Made by a program: the position numbers and the translations under genes. Below are positions 36,807 through 47,179 of a DNA stretch of 64,000 nt, piece by piece; position 1 is the first letter of the stretch; the number at the start of each line of letters is the position of its first letter. Under the pieces are notes generated by a model that was given only the letters and a program-made list of their open reading frames with translations, was not told the DNA's origin and searched no databases. Source of the stretch: SAR324 cluster bacterium (GTDB taxonomy: Bacteria; SAR324; XYD2-FULL-50-16). The stretch spans positions 3,798 through 67,797 of the forward strand of contig JANQLH010000305.1 in NCBI GenBank assembly GCA_028280735.1, given 5' to 3'.

Positions 36807-39086
36807 ATGAGCGAAAAGAATCGAGATGATAGAATTTTAAGTAGAGAACTGGAAATATCCCTGATATCTGCGGTCAGAGATGCCCAAAAAAGGCGGCACG
36901 AGTACGTCACCCTAGAGCATGTCTTCTACGCGATTCTGTTCGATCCAAAAACCTCCAAAATCATAGAAGAGTGCGGTGGTAATGTAACCGAACTAAAAAC
37001 ACTGCTGGACCAATATCTTTCTTCAAAAATTGATCCCCTTCCCGAAAATATTATACAAGACCCCATACAAACTTTGGCTTTCCAGAGGTTGATGCATAGG
37101 GTGATGACTCATATTCAGAGTTCAGGCAAAAAAGAGGCGGACGGAGGGGATGTTCTGGCAGCCTTATTTAAGGAAGTGGATTCACATGCCGTATATTTTC
37201 TTAAATCGCAAGGTATAACGAGACTTGATATTCTCAGGACAGTTTCCAGCTATCGTGATGAGGAACCTCAAGACCCGGAACAGGAAGAGCGAAGAAAAGA
37301 TATCGGAGACAAATCCAAGTCAGCTAAAAAAAGCGCCCTTTCTGCTTATACCTCAAACCTTACCGAAATGGCTGAGCAGGGGAAGATCGATCCTGTTATC
37401 GGAAGGGAAGATATTCTTGAACGGACTATGCAGGTCCTTTGTCGGCGGAGGAAGAACAATCCCATATTCGTCGGTGACCCGGGTGTTGGAAAAACAGCTA
37501 TCTCGGAAGGTCTGGCTTTAAAAATCAAATCAGGAAAAATTCCCGACATTTTGTCAGATGCAGAGATTTTCAACCTGGATATGGGTGCTTTATTGGCAGG
37601 AACCAAATTTCGCGGTGATTTTGAACATCGCCTTAAAGGTGTACTCACAGAAGTGTCCAAGCATGAAAACGCTATCCTTTTTATAGATGAGATCCATACC
37701 ATCGTTGGTGCAGGTTCAACCAGCGGCAGTTCAATGGACGCTTCAAATATTCTGAAACCGGCGCTTGTTTCCGGTAATATCAAATGTATTGGAGCTACTA
37801 CTTATTCCGAATATAGAAACTTTTTTGAGAAAGACAGGGCTCTGTCCCGCAGGTTTCAGAAAATCGATATCAATGAGCCAAGCGTTGCAGAAACAGTCAA
37901 AATCCTCAAAGGATTAAAGGAAAAATACGAGGATCATTATAAAGTACGTTACTCCAATTCAGCCGTTAAAAGTGCGGCTGAACTGTCAGCCAAATACATC
38001 AACGACAGGTATTTGCCTGATAAGGCTATTGATGTTGTCGACGAAGCTGGGGCCGCTTGTATGCTTCTGCCTCAATCAAGGCGAAAGTCAGTCATTAGTG
38101 TACCTGATATTGAAAAAGTAGTTTCGCAAATTGCCAGGATCCCCATAAAACAGACTGCAAAGTCCGATGGAGAAACGCTCAGATTACTGCAGAACAATCT
38201 TCAAAGACGAGTGTTTGGACAGGATGAAGCAATAGAGCATATTTCCACCAGTATCAAGCGTAACAAAGCAGGCTTGGGACATCCGGAAAAACCGATTGGT
38301 TCCTTTTTATTTACGGGCCCGACTGGCGTGGGTAAAACAGAAGTCAGCAGACAGATTGCCGATCTGTTGGGAATTAATTTTGAGCGCTACGATATGAGTG
38401 AATATATGGAAAAGCATTCCGTATCAAGATTAATCGGAGCGCCTCCCGGATACGTCGGTTTCGAGCAAGGCGGCCTTCTGACAGAGGCGATTCGTAAACA
38501 CCCACACTCTGTTCTGCTGCTGGACGAAATAGAAAAGGCACATCCCGACATCTACAATATTTTGCTTCAGATAATGGACCACGCGACATTGACAGACAAT
38601 AACGGATCGGAAGCAGACTTTCGTAATGTTATTCTGATTATGACTTCTAACGCCGGTTCTACAGAAAGGGGAGCAAAATCAATTGGATTCGGGGCTACAA
38701 ACGAAAGCAAGGAAAAGGATGCGGTTGAAAAGCTGTTTCCGCCGGAGTTCAGAAACCGATTGGATGCCATTGTCACCTTTAATTCACTGTCCATCAAGGT
38801 AATGAAGTTTATCGTGGATAAATTTATTCGTGAACTTGAAGAACAGCTTAAAAGTAAAAAGGTTACCTTCCAGTTAACCGAAGGTGCAAAAACATGGCTT
38901 GCCAAGAAAGGCTATAGCGAAGAATATGGTGCTCGTCCTCTTTCCCGTGTTATTCAGAAGGAAATCAAAGACAAGCTTTCCGATGAGATATTGTTCGGTG
39001 ATTTGATTAAGGGAGGTCAGGTTAAGATCTCAACCAAGAAAGACGAGCTGGTTCATACAATAAAATCCTCAAAGCAGACCGGATAA
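36807..39086 (+). CDS. clpA: ATP-dependent Clp protease ATP-binding subunit ClpA
   Basis: 759 aa with a Clp_N domain. There are two AAA modules (GDPGVGKTA, FIDEIHT; GPTGVGKTE, LLLDEIEKAH) and no ClpB-type middle coiled coil. It lies 6 nt after clpS. Confidence 0.96.
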   Translation: MSEKNRDDRILSRELEISLISAVRDAQKRRHEYVTLEHVFYAILFDPKTSKIIEECGGNVTELKTLLDQYLSSKIDPLPENIIQDPIQTLAFQRLMHRVMTHIQSSGKKEADGGDVLAALFKEVDSHAVYFLKSQGITRLDILRTVSSYRDEEPQDPEQEERRKDIGDKSKSAKKSALSAYTSNLTEMAEQGKIDPVIGREDILERTMQVLCRRRKNNPIFVGDPGVGKTAISEGLALKIKSGKIPDILSDAEIFNLDMGALLAGTKFRGDFEHRLKGVLTEVSKHENAILFIDEIHTIVGAGSTSGSSMDASNILKPALVSGNIKCIGATTYSEYRNFFEKDRALSRRFQKIDINEPSVAETVKILKGLKEKYEDHYKVRYSNSAVKSAAELSAKYINDRYLPDKAIDVVDEAGAACMLLPQSRRKSVISVPDIEKVVSQIARIPIKQTAKSDGETLRLLQNNLQRRVFGQDEAIEHISTSIKRNKAGLGHPEKPIGSFLFTGPTGVGKTEVSRQIADLLGINFERYDMSEYMEKHSVSRLIGAPPGYVGFEQGGLLTEAIRKHPHSVLLLDEIEKAHPDIYNILLQIMDHATLTDNNGSEADFRNVILIMTSNAGSTERGAKSIGFGATNESKEKDAVEKLFPPEFRNRLDAIVTFNSLSIKVMKFIVDKFIRELEEQLKSKKVTFQLTEGAKTWLAKKGYSEEYGARPLSRVIQKEIKDKLSDEILFGDLIKGGQVKISTKKDELVHTIKSSKQTG

Positions 39087-39114
39087 TCTTCCCTTTTGAA
39101 TGACGAATTTTCAT

Positions 39115-39148
39115 AAAGCGACTTCTGTCAAGGAGTCGCTTTATTTTT
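39115..39148 (+). terminator. intrinsic terminator after clpA (shared with convergent zinc-ribbon gene)
   Basis: aaagcgact-tctgtcaagg-agtcgcttt is a 9-bp stem, followed by a tttttat run at 39144-39150. Confidence 0.6.
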
Positions 39149-39503
39149 ATGAGGCTTTCGATTTGGGTGTTGTAGCGGTTGATGTGGTTTTGCTTGAGTC
39201 AGTTTTATCGGGTTTGGTTTTGGTATCCTTTTTATCTGCTCCCTTGTCTTTAGCTGCGGGTTTGTCTGTTGATTCCTTATTTCCGGATGAAGCCGTTCCG
39301 TTTGATGAATCTTTGGAATTTTTGTCTCCATACCCATCTTTATACCAACCCCCACCTTTTAAATGAAAGGCGGACATTGAGGTTTTCTTTTTTAGACCAT
39401 CGCTTTCGCAGGAGGGGCAGTATTTAAGAGGTTCATCTGAGATTTTTTGAATAATCTCCAACTCGTTTCCGCAATTCTCACATTGATACTCGTAAATCGG
39501 CAT
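39147..39503 (-). CDS. FmdB-family zinc-ribbon protein with long K/D/T/S-rich tail
   Basis: MPIYEYQCENCG...YCPSCES is the CxxC..CxxC zinc-ribbon signature. I prefer ATG 39503 (AGGA upstream) over the track's TTG at 39509. Confidence 0.85.
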   Translation of the reverse strand: MPIYEYQCENCGNELEIIQKISDEPLKYCPSCESDGLKKKTSMSAFHLKGGGWYKDGYGDKNSKDSSNGTASSGNKESTDKPAAKDKGADKKDTKTKPDKTDSSKTTSTATTPKSKAS

Positions 39504-39746
39504 TTCCAATTCCTACTGTTTATTGTTACTTTACAAAAAACCATGTGTAAGGCACGGCTTTCGCAGATAGACTAACAACGTTATCCCCTTAGGTTATAAA
39601 AACATTTAAAACCCGTCAATTATTTAGATATTCAGGCATTGAGATATCACACTACTTTATCTGAATACAAGGTTGCCTTCTTTGGATCTGACGGTTTTAA
39701 AAATGGAAAACATGGTTAAATACCTCTTCTTAGGAAAAGAGAAAAA

Positions 39747-40085
39747 ATGAATCGTTCATCATATTTAATAATATTGTTATTTTTATCGGCTCATTTAATC
39801 AATTGCTATGGCTACAATGAGAAACATTATGCCCGGTTTTTCATTAAAAAAGTGTGTCATCATTGTGACTTATATAAGGCCAATTTCTCAGGTGCGGACC
39901 TGACTAATGCCGATTTCACCGGGTCTAACCTGATATCGGCAAATTTTCAAAATGCCACTTTATACGGAGCAATATTAAAAGAGACTTCACTTGCAGGCGC
40001 GAATTTTAGCGGAGCAATGTGGATCGACGGTTCTATTTGTGAACAAGGCTCTTACGGAACATGCAAAAAACGGAAAAAGCAGTAA
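39747..40085 (+). CDS. secreted pentapeptide-repeat protein
   Basis: 112 aa with a signal peptide. It has tandem A(N/D)LxG-type pentapeptides (ANFSGADLTNADFTGSNLISANFQNATLYGA). Confidence 0.8.
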   Translation: MNRSSYLIILLFLSAHLINCYGYNEKHYARFFIKKVCHHCDLYKANFSGADLTNADFTGSNLISANFQNATLYGAILKETSLAGANFSGAMWIDGSICEQGSYGTCKKRKKQ

Positions 40086-40341
40086 TACAAAACAACCCGG
40101 CGCGGGTTCTTATCTTGAAAAAACGGTCATATCGATATACCCTGTATTTAACAATCTGCAATCTTTTTGGTGACACGAAAGAGAGATTGACCATTCTTCA
40201 AGTGAATTTTCGGTCATAAATGGATAACTCGCCTTCAACAGCTTTTGCAAAGAGTCATTCAAGGAGTAGCGAAGCAGGAGGGGATTGATCGGCAATTCAA
40301 ACTTACCGGTGACGTGATAACCAATTGACAAGAGGTCTTGT

Positions 40342-40674
40342 ATGGCAAGTGATAACGTATTGCATATTAGTGATGCTGAATTCGAAGATAAAGTGCTTAA
40401 AAGCAGTAATCCGGTATTGGTAGACTTTTGGGCAGCATGGTGCGGACCCTGCAAAATGATCGCTCCGTTTTTAGACGAACTGGCAGAAGAATTTCAAGGA
40501 AAATTGACTGTAGCAAAACTTGATGTAGATAAAAATCAAGAGCATGCATCAAAATACGGGGTAAGAAGCATTCCCACCTTGATTATGTTTAAAGATGGTG
40601 AACAATTTGATTTATTTGTAGGAGCAGACCCCGGAAAGATTAAGCAAATGGTTCAAAAAGCTTTGGCTGCTTAA
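40342..40674 (+). CDS. trxA: thioredoxin
   Basis: 110 aa. Motifs present: VDFWAAWCGPCK active site and GVRSIPTL. Confidence 0.95.
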   Translation: MASDNVLHISDAEFEDKVLKSSNPVLVDFWAAWCGPCKMIAPFLDELAEEFQGKLTVAKLDVDKNQEHASKYGVRSIPTLIMFKDGEQFDLFVGADPGKIKQMVQKALAA

Positions 40675-40692
40675 CAATGAAGTAATCTTGTA

Positions 40693-40714
40693 GCCATCAG
40701 TTCGGCCTGATGGC
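40693..40714 (+). terminator. hairpin after trxA (weak U-tract)
   Basis: gccatcag-ttcggc-ctgatggc is an 8-bp stem located 19 nt after the stop. Confidence 0.35.
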
Positions 40715-40767
40715 ACTCCAACCAATTTATCCCGCCAAGCGTTACGTCGGCCCGTTCTATTTGATAA

Positions 40768-41562
40768 GTGAAAAAGATTATAATCAAAACAGAATATATC
40801 GGTACTAACTACAGTGGCTGGCAAATTCAACCAAATGCAATCACCGTTCAACAGGTAATACAGAACTCTTTTAAACAAATATTCCAAAGCGAAGTATCCG
40901 TCAATGCCAGTAGCAGGACTGATGCCGGGGTACACGCAAAAGGCCAGGTAGCGACCCTGCTTCTTCCCGCAAAATTTCCTCTGGCAAAATTGTTTAAAGG
41001 TGTGAACAGTCTGCTTCCGCATGATATATCGGTGATTGATATGGTGGAAGTGCCTGAACAGTTCAATGTCAGAAAGGCAGCAATAAAAAAAAGGTATTTG
41101 TATCAAGTTCTGAATTCCCCGGTCCTTAGGGTGTTTGAGCATAAAACAAGCCTTTGGAAAAGAAAACCTTTGGATCTTTCTAATCTTGATACCTGCATCA
41201 AAGATTTTATCGGAACCCACAACTATTCGGCTTTCAGAGGTAAAGGCTGTCAACAGCCTGATCCGGTGAAAACAATAACCAGTGCCAACTTGGAAGTTAT
41301 CAAGAAAAGCGGTTATGACTTAATCATCTTTTCTTTTGAAGGTTCGGGGTTTCTGAAAAACATGGTGCGTATCATGGTGGGAACCTTACTGGATATAGCC
41401 CAAGGGAAGCTTGATACAACCAGTATCAAGCAAGCGTTGGACTCTGGAGACAGATCGGTAGCGGGTTTGACTGCACCTCCCGAAGGACTTGTTCTGGATA
41501 AGGTCTTTTTGGACCCTGATCCTTTTCAGACCAGGGGGTTGGGGGATTGGTTCAGTTGTTAA
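40768..41562 (+). CDS. truA: tRNA pseudouridine(38-40) synthase TruA
   Basis: 264 aa with a GTG start. Motifs present: EYIGTNYSGWQIQ, the catalytic Asp in SSRTDAGVHA, and GTHNYSAF. Confidence 0.9.
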   Translation: MKKIIIKTEYIGTNYSGWQIQPNAITVQQVIQNSFKQIFQSEVSVNASSRTDAGVHAKGQVATLLLPAKFPLAKLFKGVNSLLPHDISVIDMVEVPEQFNVRKAAIKKRYLYQVLNSPVLRVFEHKTSLWKRKPLDLSNLDTCIKDFIGTHNYSAFRGKGCQQPDPVKTITSANLEVIKKSGYDLIIFSFEGSGFLKNMVRIMVGTLLDIAQGKLDTTSIKQALDSGDRSVAGLTAPPEGLVLDKVFLDPDPFQTRGLGDWFSC

Positions 41563-42950
41563 GTAATCTGGCCGGCCAGAGTTTGGTCAATAACTGCCTC
41601 CACTGACTGGTAATTATTTTTGACAACCTGGCAGCGGCTTTCTTTTTCTAAAATACCTTCCAATGAGGCTGGGTATTCCGGGCTAACTCCGGTCGCTTTT
41701 TTTACTGCATCTCCAAACTTTGCAGGGTGCGCTGTTGCCAGGGCAATGACATGTTCAATTCCGGAATCTTCTGCTGCAGCAATACCAACTGCTGTATGCG
41801 GGTCCAGTTCAATTCCCGATGCCTTGTAGCGCTTCATGGTATCAAGTGTTCTTTCAGTATCGACACGCGCCGGCAGAAAGTGCTCACGTGCCTGCTGAAC
41901 CTCTTTCTCAGATAGGGAAAACTCCCCATTTTGTGCAAGATCTTTCATTTTTGATTCGATACTGTCACCATCTCTTCCTGAGATATCGAAGACAAAGCGT
42001 TCAAAGTTACTTGCTATTTGGATATCCATAGATGGACTGATGGTTGCGTGAACATCATTTATCTTATAGGTGCCGGTTTTTATAGTCCTGTACAAAATGT
42101 CGTTTTCATTGGTTGCCAGTATAAGCTTTTCAATAGGAAGACCCATCTTTTTCGCCAGATAACCGGCATAGATATCACCGAAATTACCGGTCGGTACGGA
42201 AAAAGAGAGGTTTTGAACGCCGAATCTGTTCATATAGACAAAAGCGGAATAGAAATAGTAAACAATTTGAGCCATTACCCGGGCCCAGTTGATTGAGTTT
42301 ACGGCTCCCAATTGATACCTGTCTCTGAAATCCAAATCGTTAAACACTTCTTTAACGGCGCGCTGGGCGTCATCAAAGGTGCCTTCTATCGCAAGGTTGT
42401 GTACATTCGGATCCAGCACCGTCGTCATTTGCTTTTCCTGGATAGGACTGACTTTACCCCGGGGATGGATCATAAATATCCGGATATTTCTTTTACCCCT
42501 AACTCCATGGATAGCGGCACTACCTGTATCTCCCGATGTAGCGCCAAGAATATTTAAACAGCTCCCGTCTTTATTTAAGATCTCTTCAAACAAATTTCCA
42601 AGAAATTGTAAAGCGACATCTTTAAATGCCAGGGTAGGTCCATGAAAAAGTTCTAAGATGGCTAACCTGTCATGGTAAACCAGCGGAGTAATCTCGGCTG
42701 AATCAAAAGTTGAATAACTTTTGGTAATTAGTTCTTTGACTCGATCAATGTGGATCTCATCATCAATAAACGGACTGAAGATTTCTGCAGCAAGGTCTTG
42801 ATATGGCAATGTTGAGAAACGATCCAACTCGTTGGAAAAGTCGGGAAGGTTCTCTGGGACCAGCAGGCCGCCATCTCTAGCCAGTCCTTCTTTTACGGCT
42901 TCAATAAATGTTCTAGGTTCTGATTGACCTCGTGTACTGATATATTTCAT
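41559..42950 (-). CDS. thrC: threonine synthase (long form)
   Basis: 463 aa. Motifs present: MKYISTRG, the PLP lysine region HGPTLAFKDVALQ, and ATSGDTGSAA. Confidence 0.92.
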   Translation of the reverse strand: MKYISTRGQSEPRTFIEAVKEGLARDGGLLVPENLPDFSNELDRFSTLPYQDLAAEIFSPFIDDEIHIDRVKELITKSYSTFDSAEITPLVYHDRLAILELFHGPTLAFKDVALQFLGNLFEEILNKDGSCLNILGATSGDTGSAAIHGVRGKRNIRIFMIHPRGKVSPIQEKQMTTVLDPNVHNLAIEGTFDDAQRAVKEVFNDLDFRDRYQLGAVNSINWARVMAQIVYYFYSAFVYMNRFGVQNLSFSVPTGNFGDIYAGYLAKKMGLPIEKLILATNENDILYRTIKTGTYKINDVHATISPSMDIQIASNFERFVFDISGRDGDSIESKMKDLAQNGEFSLSEKEVQQAREHFLPARVDTERTLDTMKRYKASGIELDPHTAVGIAAAEDSGIEHVIALATAHPAKFGDAVKKATGVSPEYPASLEGILEKESRCQVVKNNYQSVEAVIDQTLAGQIT

Positions 42951-42981
42951 TTTTCTTGTTATGTTATTACAAATGTGACAA

Positions 42982-44118
42982 TTACAGCATGGAACGACAA
43001 GCGGAGGACCATGTTGTTAAATTTCCTTCAGTCCAAAGTAAAAAATCACTTATTTCTTGAGGGCACCAATCCGGTAAGTCCGGTATTGCCTGGTTATGAA
43101 TAAAACCGGCCAGTTCGTTTACTCGATCCACAATCGCGTCCGCTTTTGGATCGAAATCATGCTGTAGCTTTTGTACCAGCCAATCAGTCAGTATCATTCC
43201 CCAATATTCAAATCTTAAATCATCAACATAATCGTGGGGATTTCTTCTGTGATCTACAATAGGTTTTCCAAAAGCCACATGATATTCCGTACCTTTCATT
43301 AAAGCCTGTAAAAAATATCCTCCCCAGATATCACCGTATCGCTGGATATTACCACCGGGAACGTTCCATCCCATGGGAATACATAAATACGCCGGAATCA
43401 GTTCCCTGACCACGCTTGTGTTTTGAGTATTTACAGGCGACCAGGTACTTTGCTTTAAAACCTGAACGTCTTTTCCCTTATAGGCTACACCTTCGACCTT
43501 GCCGTTCAACCAGGTTGTCGCATCGACGTCCGGATCGGAAAGCCAGAGTCCGGCTGTCACCCCGATTTTCACGGGTTTTTCCGCAGGTTCCTGAAGGTTT
43601 TGATTGGGAATTCCCCTGAGACGGAATGGAAATCCCCGGGGAAAAACCTGTCTATTCGGTTTAATTTCCAGATATTCACAAATATTATGAAACCCGGTCT
43701 CTTCGTTAATCAAACTACCGTCCCAGGTTTTACCCGTGTTTTTATGAAACCCCACCAAATCGTCTTCCGTTGGAAAATTATCATCATCGATACTAATGAG
43801 AACATCGCAGTTGTCTTCCAGTGCGTGCAGATATCCGATATTTCGCCTCGTCTCATTGTTGTAAGGAATACGTGTATAAAAATCCTTACAACGTTCTCCC
43901 CATTCATCCTGTTTTGCTATGTCGAGATAAACAGTTTCCATACCTTTGCCGGTGACTTCCTTGCAGAGTTCTCCACAAGATTCCGGAGTCTTGTTATCTC
44001 CCACTACCCATACTTTGACAGTATCTAGGTGATTAAAACCGGACAGGTTTTTCAGAAGGTCTTCCAAAACCGAAGGATGGTAGATAGTTGTAAATACAAT
44101 GTGAATGGGCTTTTTCAT
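42982..44118 (-). CDS. RGP/GT75-like protein (reversibly-glycosylated-polypeptide / UDP-arabinopyranose-mutase family homologue)
   Basis: 378 aa. It is collinear with plant RGP motifs as I recall them: IVFTTI (IVIPTI), SIDDDNF (TIDDDCF), RGFPFRLRG (RGYPFSLREG), GLWLSDPDVDATTWL (GLWLNIPDYDAPTQL) and QRYGDIWGGY (GRYDDMWAGW). Confidence 0.55.
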   Translation of the reverse strand: MKKPIHIVFTTIYHPSVLEDLLKNLSGFNHLDTVKVWVVGDNKTPESCGELCKEVTGKGMETVYLDIAKQDEWGERCKDFYTRIPYNNETRRNIGYLHALEDNCDVLISIDDDNFPTEDDLVGFHKNTGKTWDGSLINEETGFHNICEYLEIKPNRQVFPRGFPFRLRGIPNQNLQEPAEKPVKIGVTAGLWLSDPDVDATTWLNGKVEGVAYKGKDVQVLKQSTWSPVNTQNTSVVRELIPAYLCIPMGWNVPGGNIQRYGDIWGGYFLQALMKGTEYHVAFGKPIVDHRRNPHDYVDDLRFEYWGMILTDWLVQKLQHDFDPKADAIVDRVNELAGFIHNQAIPDLPDWCPQEISDFLLWTEGNLTTWSSACRSML

Positions 44119-44146
44119 ATGAAGAACATGTTAGATTAAAGATAAA

Positions 44147-45088
44147 TTAGATTCTGGAAAGCCAATCGTTAAACACGTCTTCCAGTGTTTGTTCTATGGT
44201 GTATTTTTGTTGCCATCCTAAAGAAAGCAACTTGGAATTGTCGCCAAGTAAAAGCGGTTCATCAGATGGTCGAAAGAGGGCAGGATCTTTAACAACATCT
44301 ATCTCCAGTCCTGATATTTCAATCAGTTTATCCAGGATCCAGGATATTTTATGGGCTGAACCCGTACAAATGTTGATAGGGTCGCCGGGTTGCCCCTTTT
44401 CTATCATTTTCATCATACCGTCAACGCCATCACGAACATCGATGAAATCCCGGGCGGACTCCAAGTTTCCGACTTTAACGACAGGATCGAGTCTGCCTTT
44501 TTTTATCAGGGCCAATTGTCTTGCAAAATTCTGTATAGCGGTTGCAGGAGGATGACCGGTACCGACGTGAATAAACAATCGGGGTAAATACACCTTTAAG
44601 CCGTAGTTAAGAAAATACTGATAACCAAGATTTTCATTAGCCACTTTTGTAACACCGTAAGGTGAAATAGGTCTTAACAATCGCTCCTCAACCAGGGGGC
44701 AGTCTTCGGGCTTGATGTCTCCATATTCTGCACTGCTGCAGGCAATGACGACTTTTGCCTCCGGAGAATGATATCTACAGGCCCTAAGCACGTTCGTGGT
44801 TCCTTGAAAGTTGGTCAGATGGGTCGATTCTTCTGTTTTCCAGGAGATACCGTTAAAGGCTTGAGCCGCCATATGAATCACCAGATCGGGTTTGAAATCT
44901 ATGAACAGATGATCAATGGCCTCCCGATCCAAAATATCGATTCTATGTACGTGTTTGTCGGGTTCTGCAGAAAGCCTGCTGGTAGCACTGTTCCTCGCAA
45001 GTCCGACAAAATCCCAGCCGTTCCGTTCCACTGCATTGGCAAAGTGAGATCCTATCATCCCGGTAATGCCGGTGATTAGAGTTTTCAA
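44147..45088 (-). CDS. extended-SDR NAD-dependent sugar-nucleotide dehydratase/reductase (Gmd/Rmd-like)
   Basis: 313 aa. Motifs present: ITGITGMIGSH Rossmann motif, SSAEYG, YGVTK (YxxxK) and GNLESARDFIDVRD. Confidence 0.8.
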   Translation of the reverse strand: MKTLITGITGMIGSHFANAVERNGWDFVGLARNSATSRLSAEPDKHVHRIDILDREAIDHLFIDFKPDLVIHMAAQAFNGISWKTEESTHLTNFQGTTNVLRACRYHSPEAKVVIACSSAEYGDIKPEDCPLVEERLLRPISPYGVTKVANENLGYQYFLNYGLKVYLPRLFIHVGTGHPPATAIQNFARQLALIKKGRLDPVVKVGNLESARDFIDVRDGVDGMMKMIEKGQPGDPINICTGSAHKISWILDKLIEISGLEIDVVKDPALFRPSDEPLLLGDNSKLLSLGWQQKYTIEQTLEDVFNDWLSRI

Positions 45089-45137
45089 CGATCACTCCTG
45101 ATTTGAATGTTTTGATTTGATTATCAAACTAGCAGAA

Positions 45138-46067
45138 TTAGGAATGGGTTTGGCGATACCAGTCGTATGCCACCTTCAATCCTTCCTTTAAAGATGTTTT
45201 AGCTTGCCATCCCAGCTGTTTTATCTGACTTACATCCATAACTTTCCTCGGCATACCGTCAGGTTTGCTTGGATCAAAGGTCAGTTCAACATCAATATCA
45301 ACGATCTCCCGGACTGTTTCGGCAAATTCCCTGATAGTAATTTCCAATCCCGTACCAACGTTGATGTGAGAGCTCTCCGAATAGTTGTTCATCAAAAAGA
45401 TGCATGCTTCCGCCAGGTCATCGACATAAAGAAACTCCCTCTTGGGCGTTCCCGAGCCCCAGATCACCACTTCTCTCAAGTTGTCACGTTTTGCCTCGTG
45501 AAAGCGCCGGATTAAAGCAGCTACAACATGCGAGTTCTCCAGATGAAAGTTATCATTGATGCCAAATAGATTGGTAGGCATTGCAGATATGTAGTTTGTG
45601 CCATATTGCTGATTATAACTCTGGCACATCTTTATCCCCGTAATTTTGGAAATGGCATAAGCTTCGTTTGTCGGTTCAAGATAATCGGAAAGCAAATATT
45701 CTTCCTTAATTGGCTGGGGACATGATCTTGGATAAATGCACGAACTACCTAAAAACAAGAGTTTTGTAACATCATTGAGATATGCATTGTGAATGACATT
45801 GGATTGTATGGACAGATTTTGATATAGAAAATCGGCCGGGTATGTGCTGTTCGCGTGGATGCCGCCAACCTTCGCCGCGGCAAGAAAAACATATTCGGGT
45901 TTCTCGTTTTTAAAAAAATCGGAAACAGCATTGAAGTTTGTTAAATCCAGTTCTGATCGGGTCTTATAAACCAGGGATTGATATCCTTCATTTTCAAGGT
46001 AGCGTAAAATAGCAGATCCCACCATTCCACGATGACCGGCAACATATATTTTTGACGTCTTTTTCAT
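45138..46067 (-). CDS. fcl: GDP-L-fucose synthase
   Basis: 309 aa. Motifs present: [26 protein letters not shown] and WGSG.P.REFL.VDD. Confidence 0.9.
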   Translation of the reverse strand: MKKTSKIYVAGHRGMVGSAILRYLENEGYQSLVYKTRSELDLTNFNAVSDFFKNEKPEYVFLAAAKVGGIHANSTYPADFLYQNLSIQSNVIHNAYLNDVTKLLFLGSSCIYPRSCPQPIKEEYLLSDYLEPTNEAYAISKITGIKMCQSYNQQYGTNYISAMPTNLFGINDNFHLENSHVVAALIRRFHEAKRDNLREVVIWGSGTPKREFLYVDDLAEACIFLMNNYSESSHINVGTGLEITIREFAETVREIVDIDVELTFDPSKPDGMPRKVMDVSQIKQLGWQAKTSLKEGLKVAYDWYRQTHS

Positions 46068-46293
46068 TGCTTAAGCAGGTATTAGGAGCTAAGTATAAAG
46101 TTTAAGCATATTGCATAGAATTCTGTATATCAAGTAAAGCTAGTCGAATAGTAGGTCAACATCAAGTGTTTCACCCTCATAATAAAACTCCCAAAGACCT
46201 GCCAAACGTTCATCAACATTAATAACAACTAATGTGCCGAAGTTGAAGCATGGCTGCTTATATTCTAATCTTCAAACTATCCTGACTTCGATT

Positions 46294-47031
46294 ATGACAA
46301 ACACCACCAACCCGGATACTTCATTGAGTGTCGTAGTAACAGTTTATTCCGAAACCTTTTCCCTGCAAGAGACTATCAACAGAATTTTAGCAAAGGATCG
46401 GGGCTATATTAAAGAAATCATCCTGACTGTTTCTCCCAAATCCAGTAAAGAATGTATGGATATTTGTAAAGAATTGGAAGAGACCTATCCCTTTTTAAGC
46501 CTTCATGTTCAGAAAAACAATCCCGGCGTTGGATGGGCGATCAGGGAAGGATTGGAACTAGCAACCGGAGACTACATCGCACTGCTTTCCGCGGATCTGG
46601 AAACGGAACCGGAGGCTGTGGACAGAATGTTTTCCGAAATAGAAAAAAGCCGTTGCGATTTGGTGATAGGCAACAGATGGCTCAAAGGGGGAGGGTTTGA
46701 AAATTATGATCCTATAAAACTCGTATTAAACTGGGGATTTCAATTTCTGTTTAAAATTTTATATTTAACAAGAATTGGAGACCTGACCTATGGGTTCAAA
46801 ACTATAAAACGAAGTGTCGCAGAAACGATAAAATGGGAAGGCACCTTCCACGAGATCTACATTGAAACAACTGTCAAGCCCTTGAAATTAGGGTACAAGG
46901 TTTCCCAAATCCCTACCGTTTGGATAGGGCGAAAAGAGGGAGAAAGTAAAAATACGTTCTTGAAAAATTTTCGTTATGTCAGATTGGCATTGAACGTTTT
47001 ATTCTCCAGTAAAAAACGCCTTACGGTTTAA
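46294..47031 (+). CDS. family-2 glycosyltransferase (dolichyl/polyprenyl-phosphate sugar transferase-like)
   Basis: LSVVVTVYSE, a DxD-like SADLE, and GFK motifs are present. I prefer ATG 46294 over the track start at 46234. Confidence 0.8.
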   Translation: MTNTTNPDTSLSVVVTVYSETFSLQETINRILAKDRGYIKEIILTVSPKSSKECMDICKELEETYPFLSLHVQKNNPGVGWAIREGLELATGDYIALLSADLETEPEAVDRMFSEIEKSRCDLVIGNRWLKGGGFENYDPIKLVLNWGFQFLFKILYLTRIGDLTYGFKTIKRSVAETIKWEGTFHEIYIETTVKPLKLGYKVSQIPTVWIGRKEGESKNTFLKNFRYVRLALNVLFSSKKRLTV

Positions 47032-47094
47032 AATGGTTTTTTTCTGTCAGATCCAAAAGCTAATACAAAAATCCCAATTGACCCATTATATCTA

Positions 47095-47124
47095 TTGACA
47101 CTGCAGCCATTGCATAGTTATAAT
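47095..47124 (+). promoter_or_regulatory. sigma70-like promoter upstream of rplC
   Basis: TTGACA at 47095-47100, an 18-nt spacer, then TATAAT at 47119-47124. It lies 55 nt upstream of the rplC ATG. Confidence 0.5.
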
Positions 47125-47179
47125 TTCTGTTTAAAAGAAAATCGGTTATTTATTTGCAGATCATATTTAGGGACATATC

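Noticed and set aside
37346-38905. Minus-strand ORFs of 145, 71 and 112 aa inside clpA.
   Set aside because: They are antisense to an unambiguous ClpA reading frame and are typical shadow ORFs.
40612-41253. 213-aa minus-strand ORF overlapping truA.
   Set aside because: It lies entirely antisense to a gene with clear TruA family motifs, and its own product has no recognisable features.
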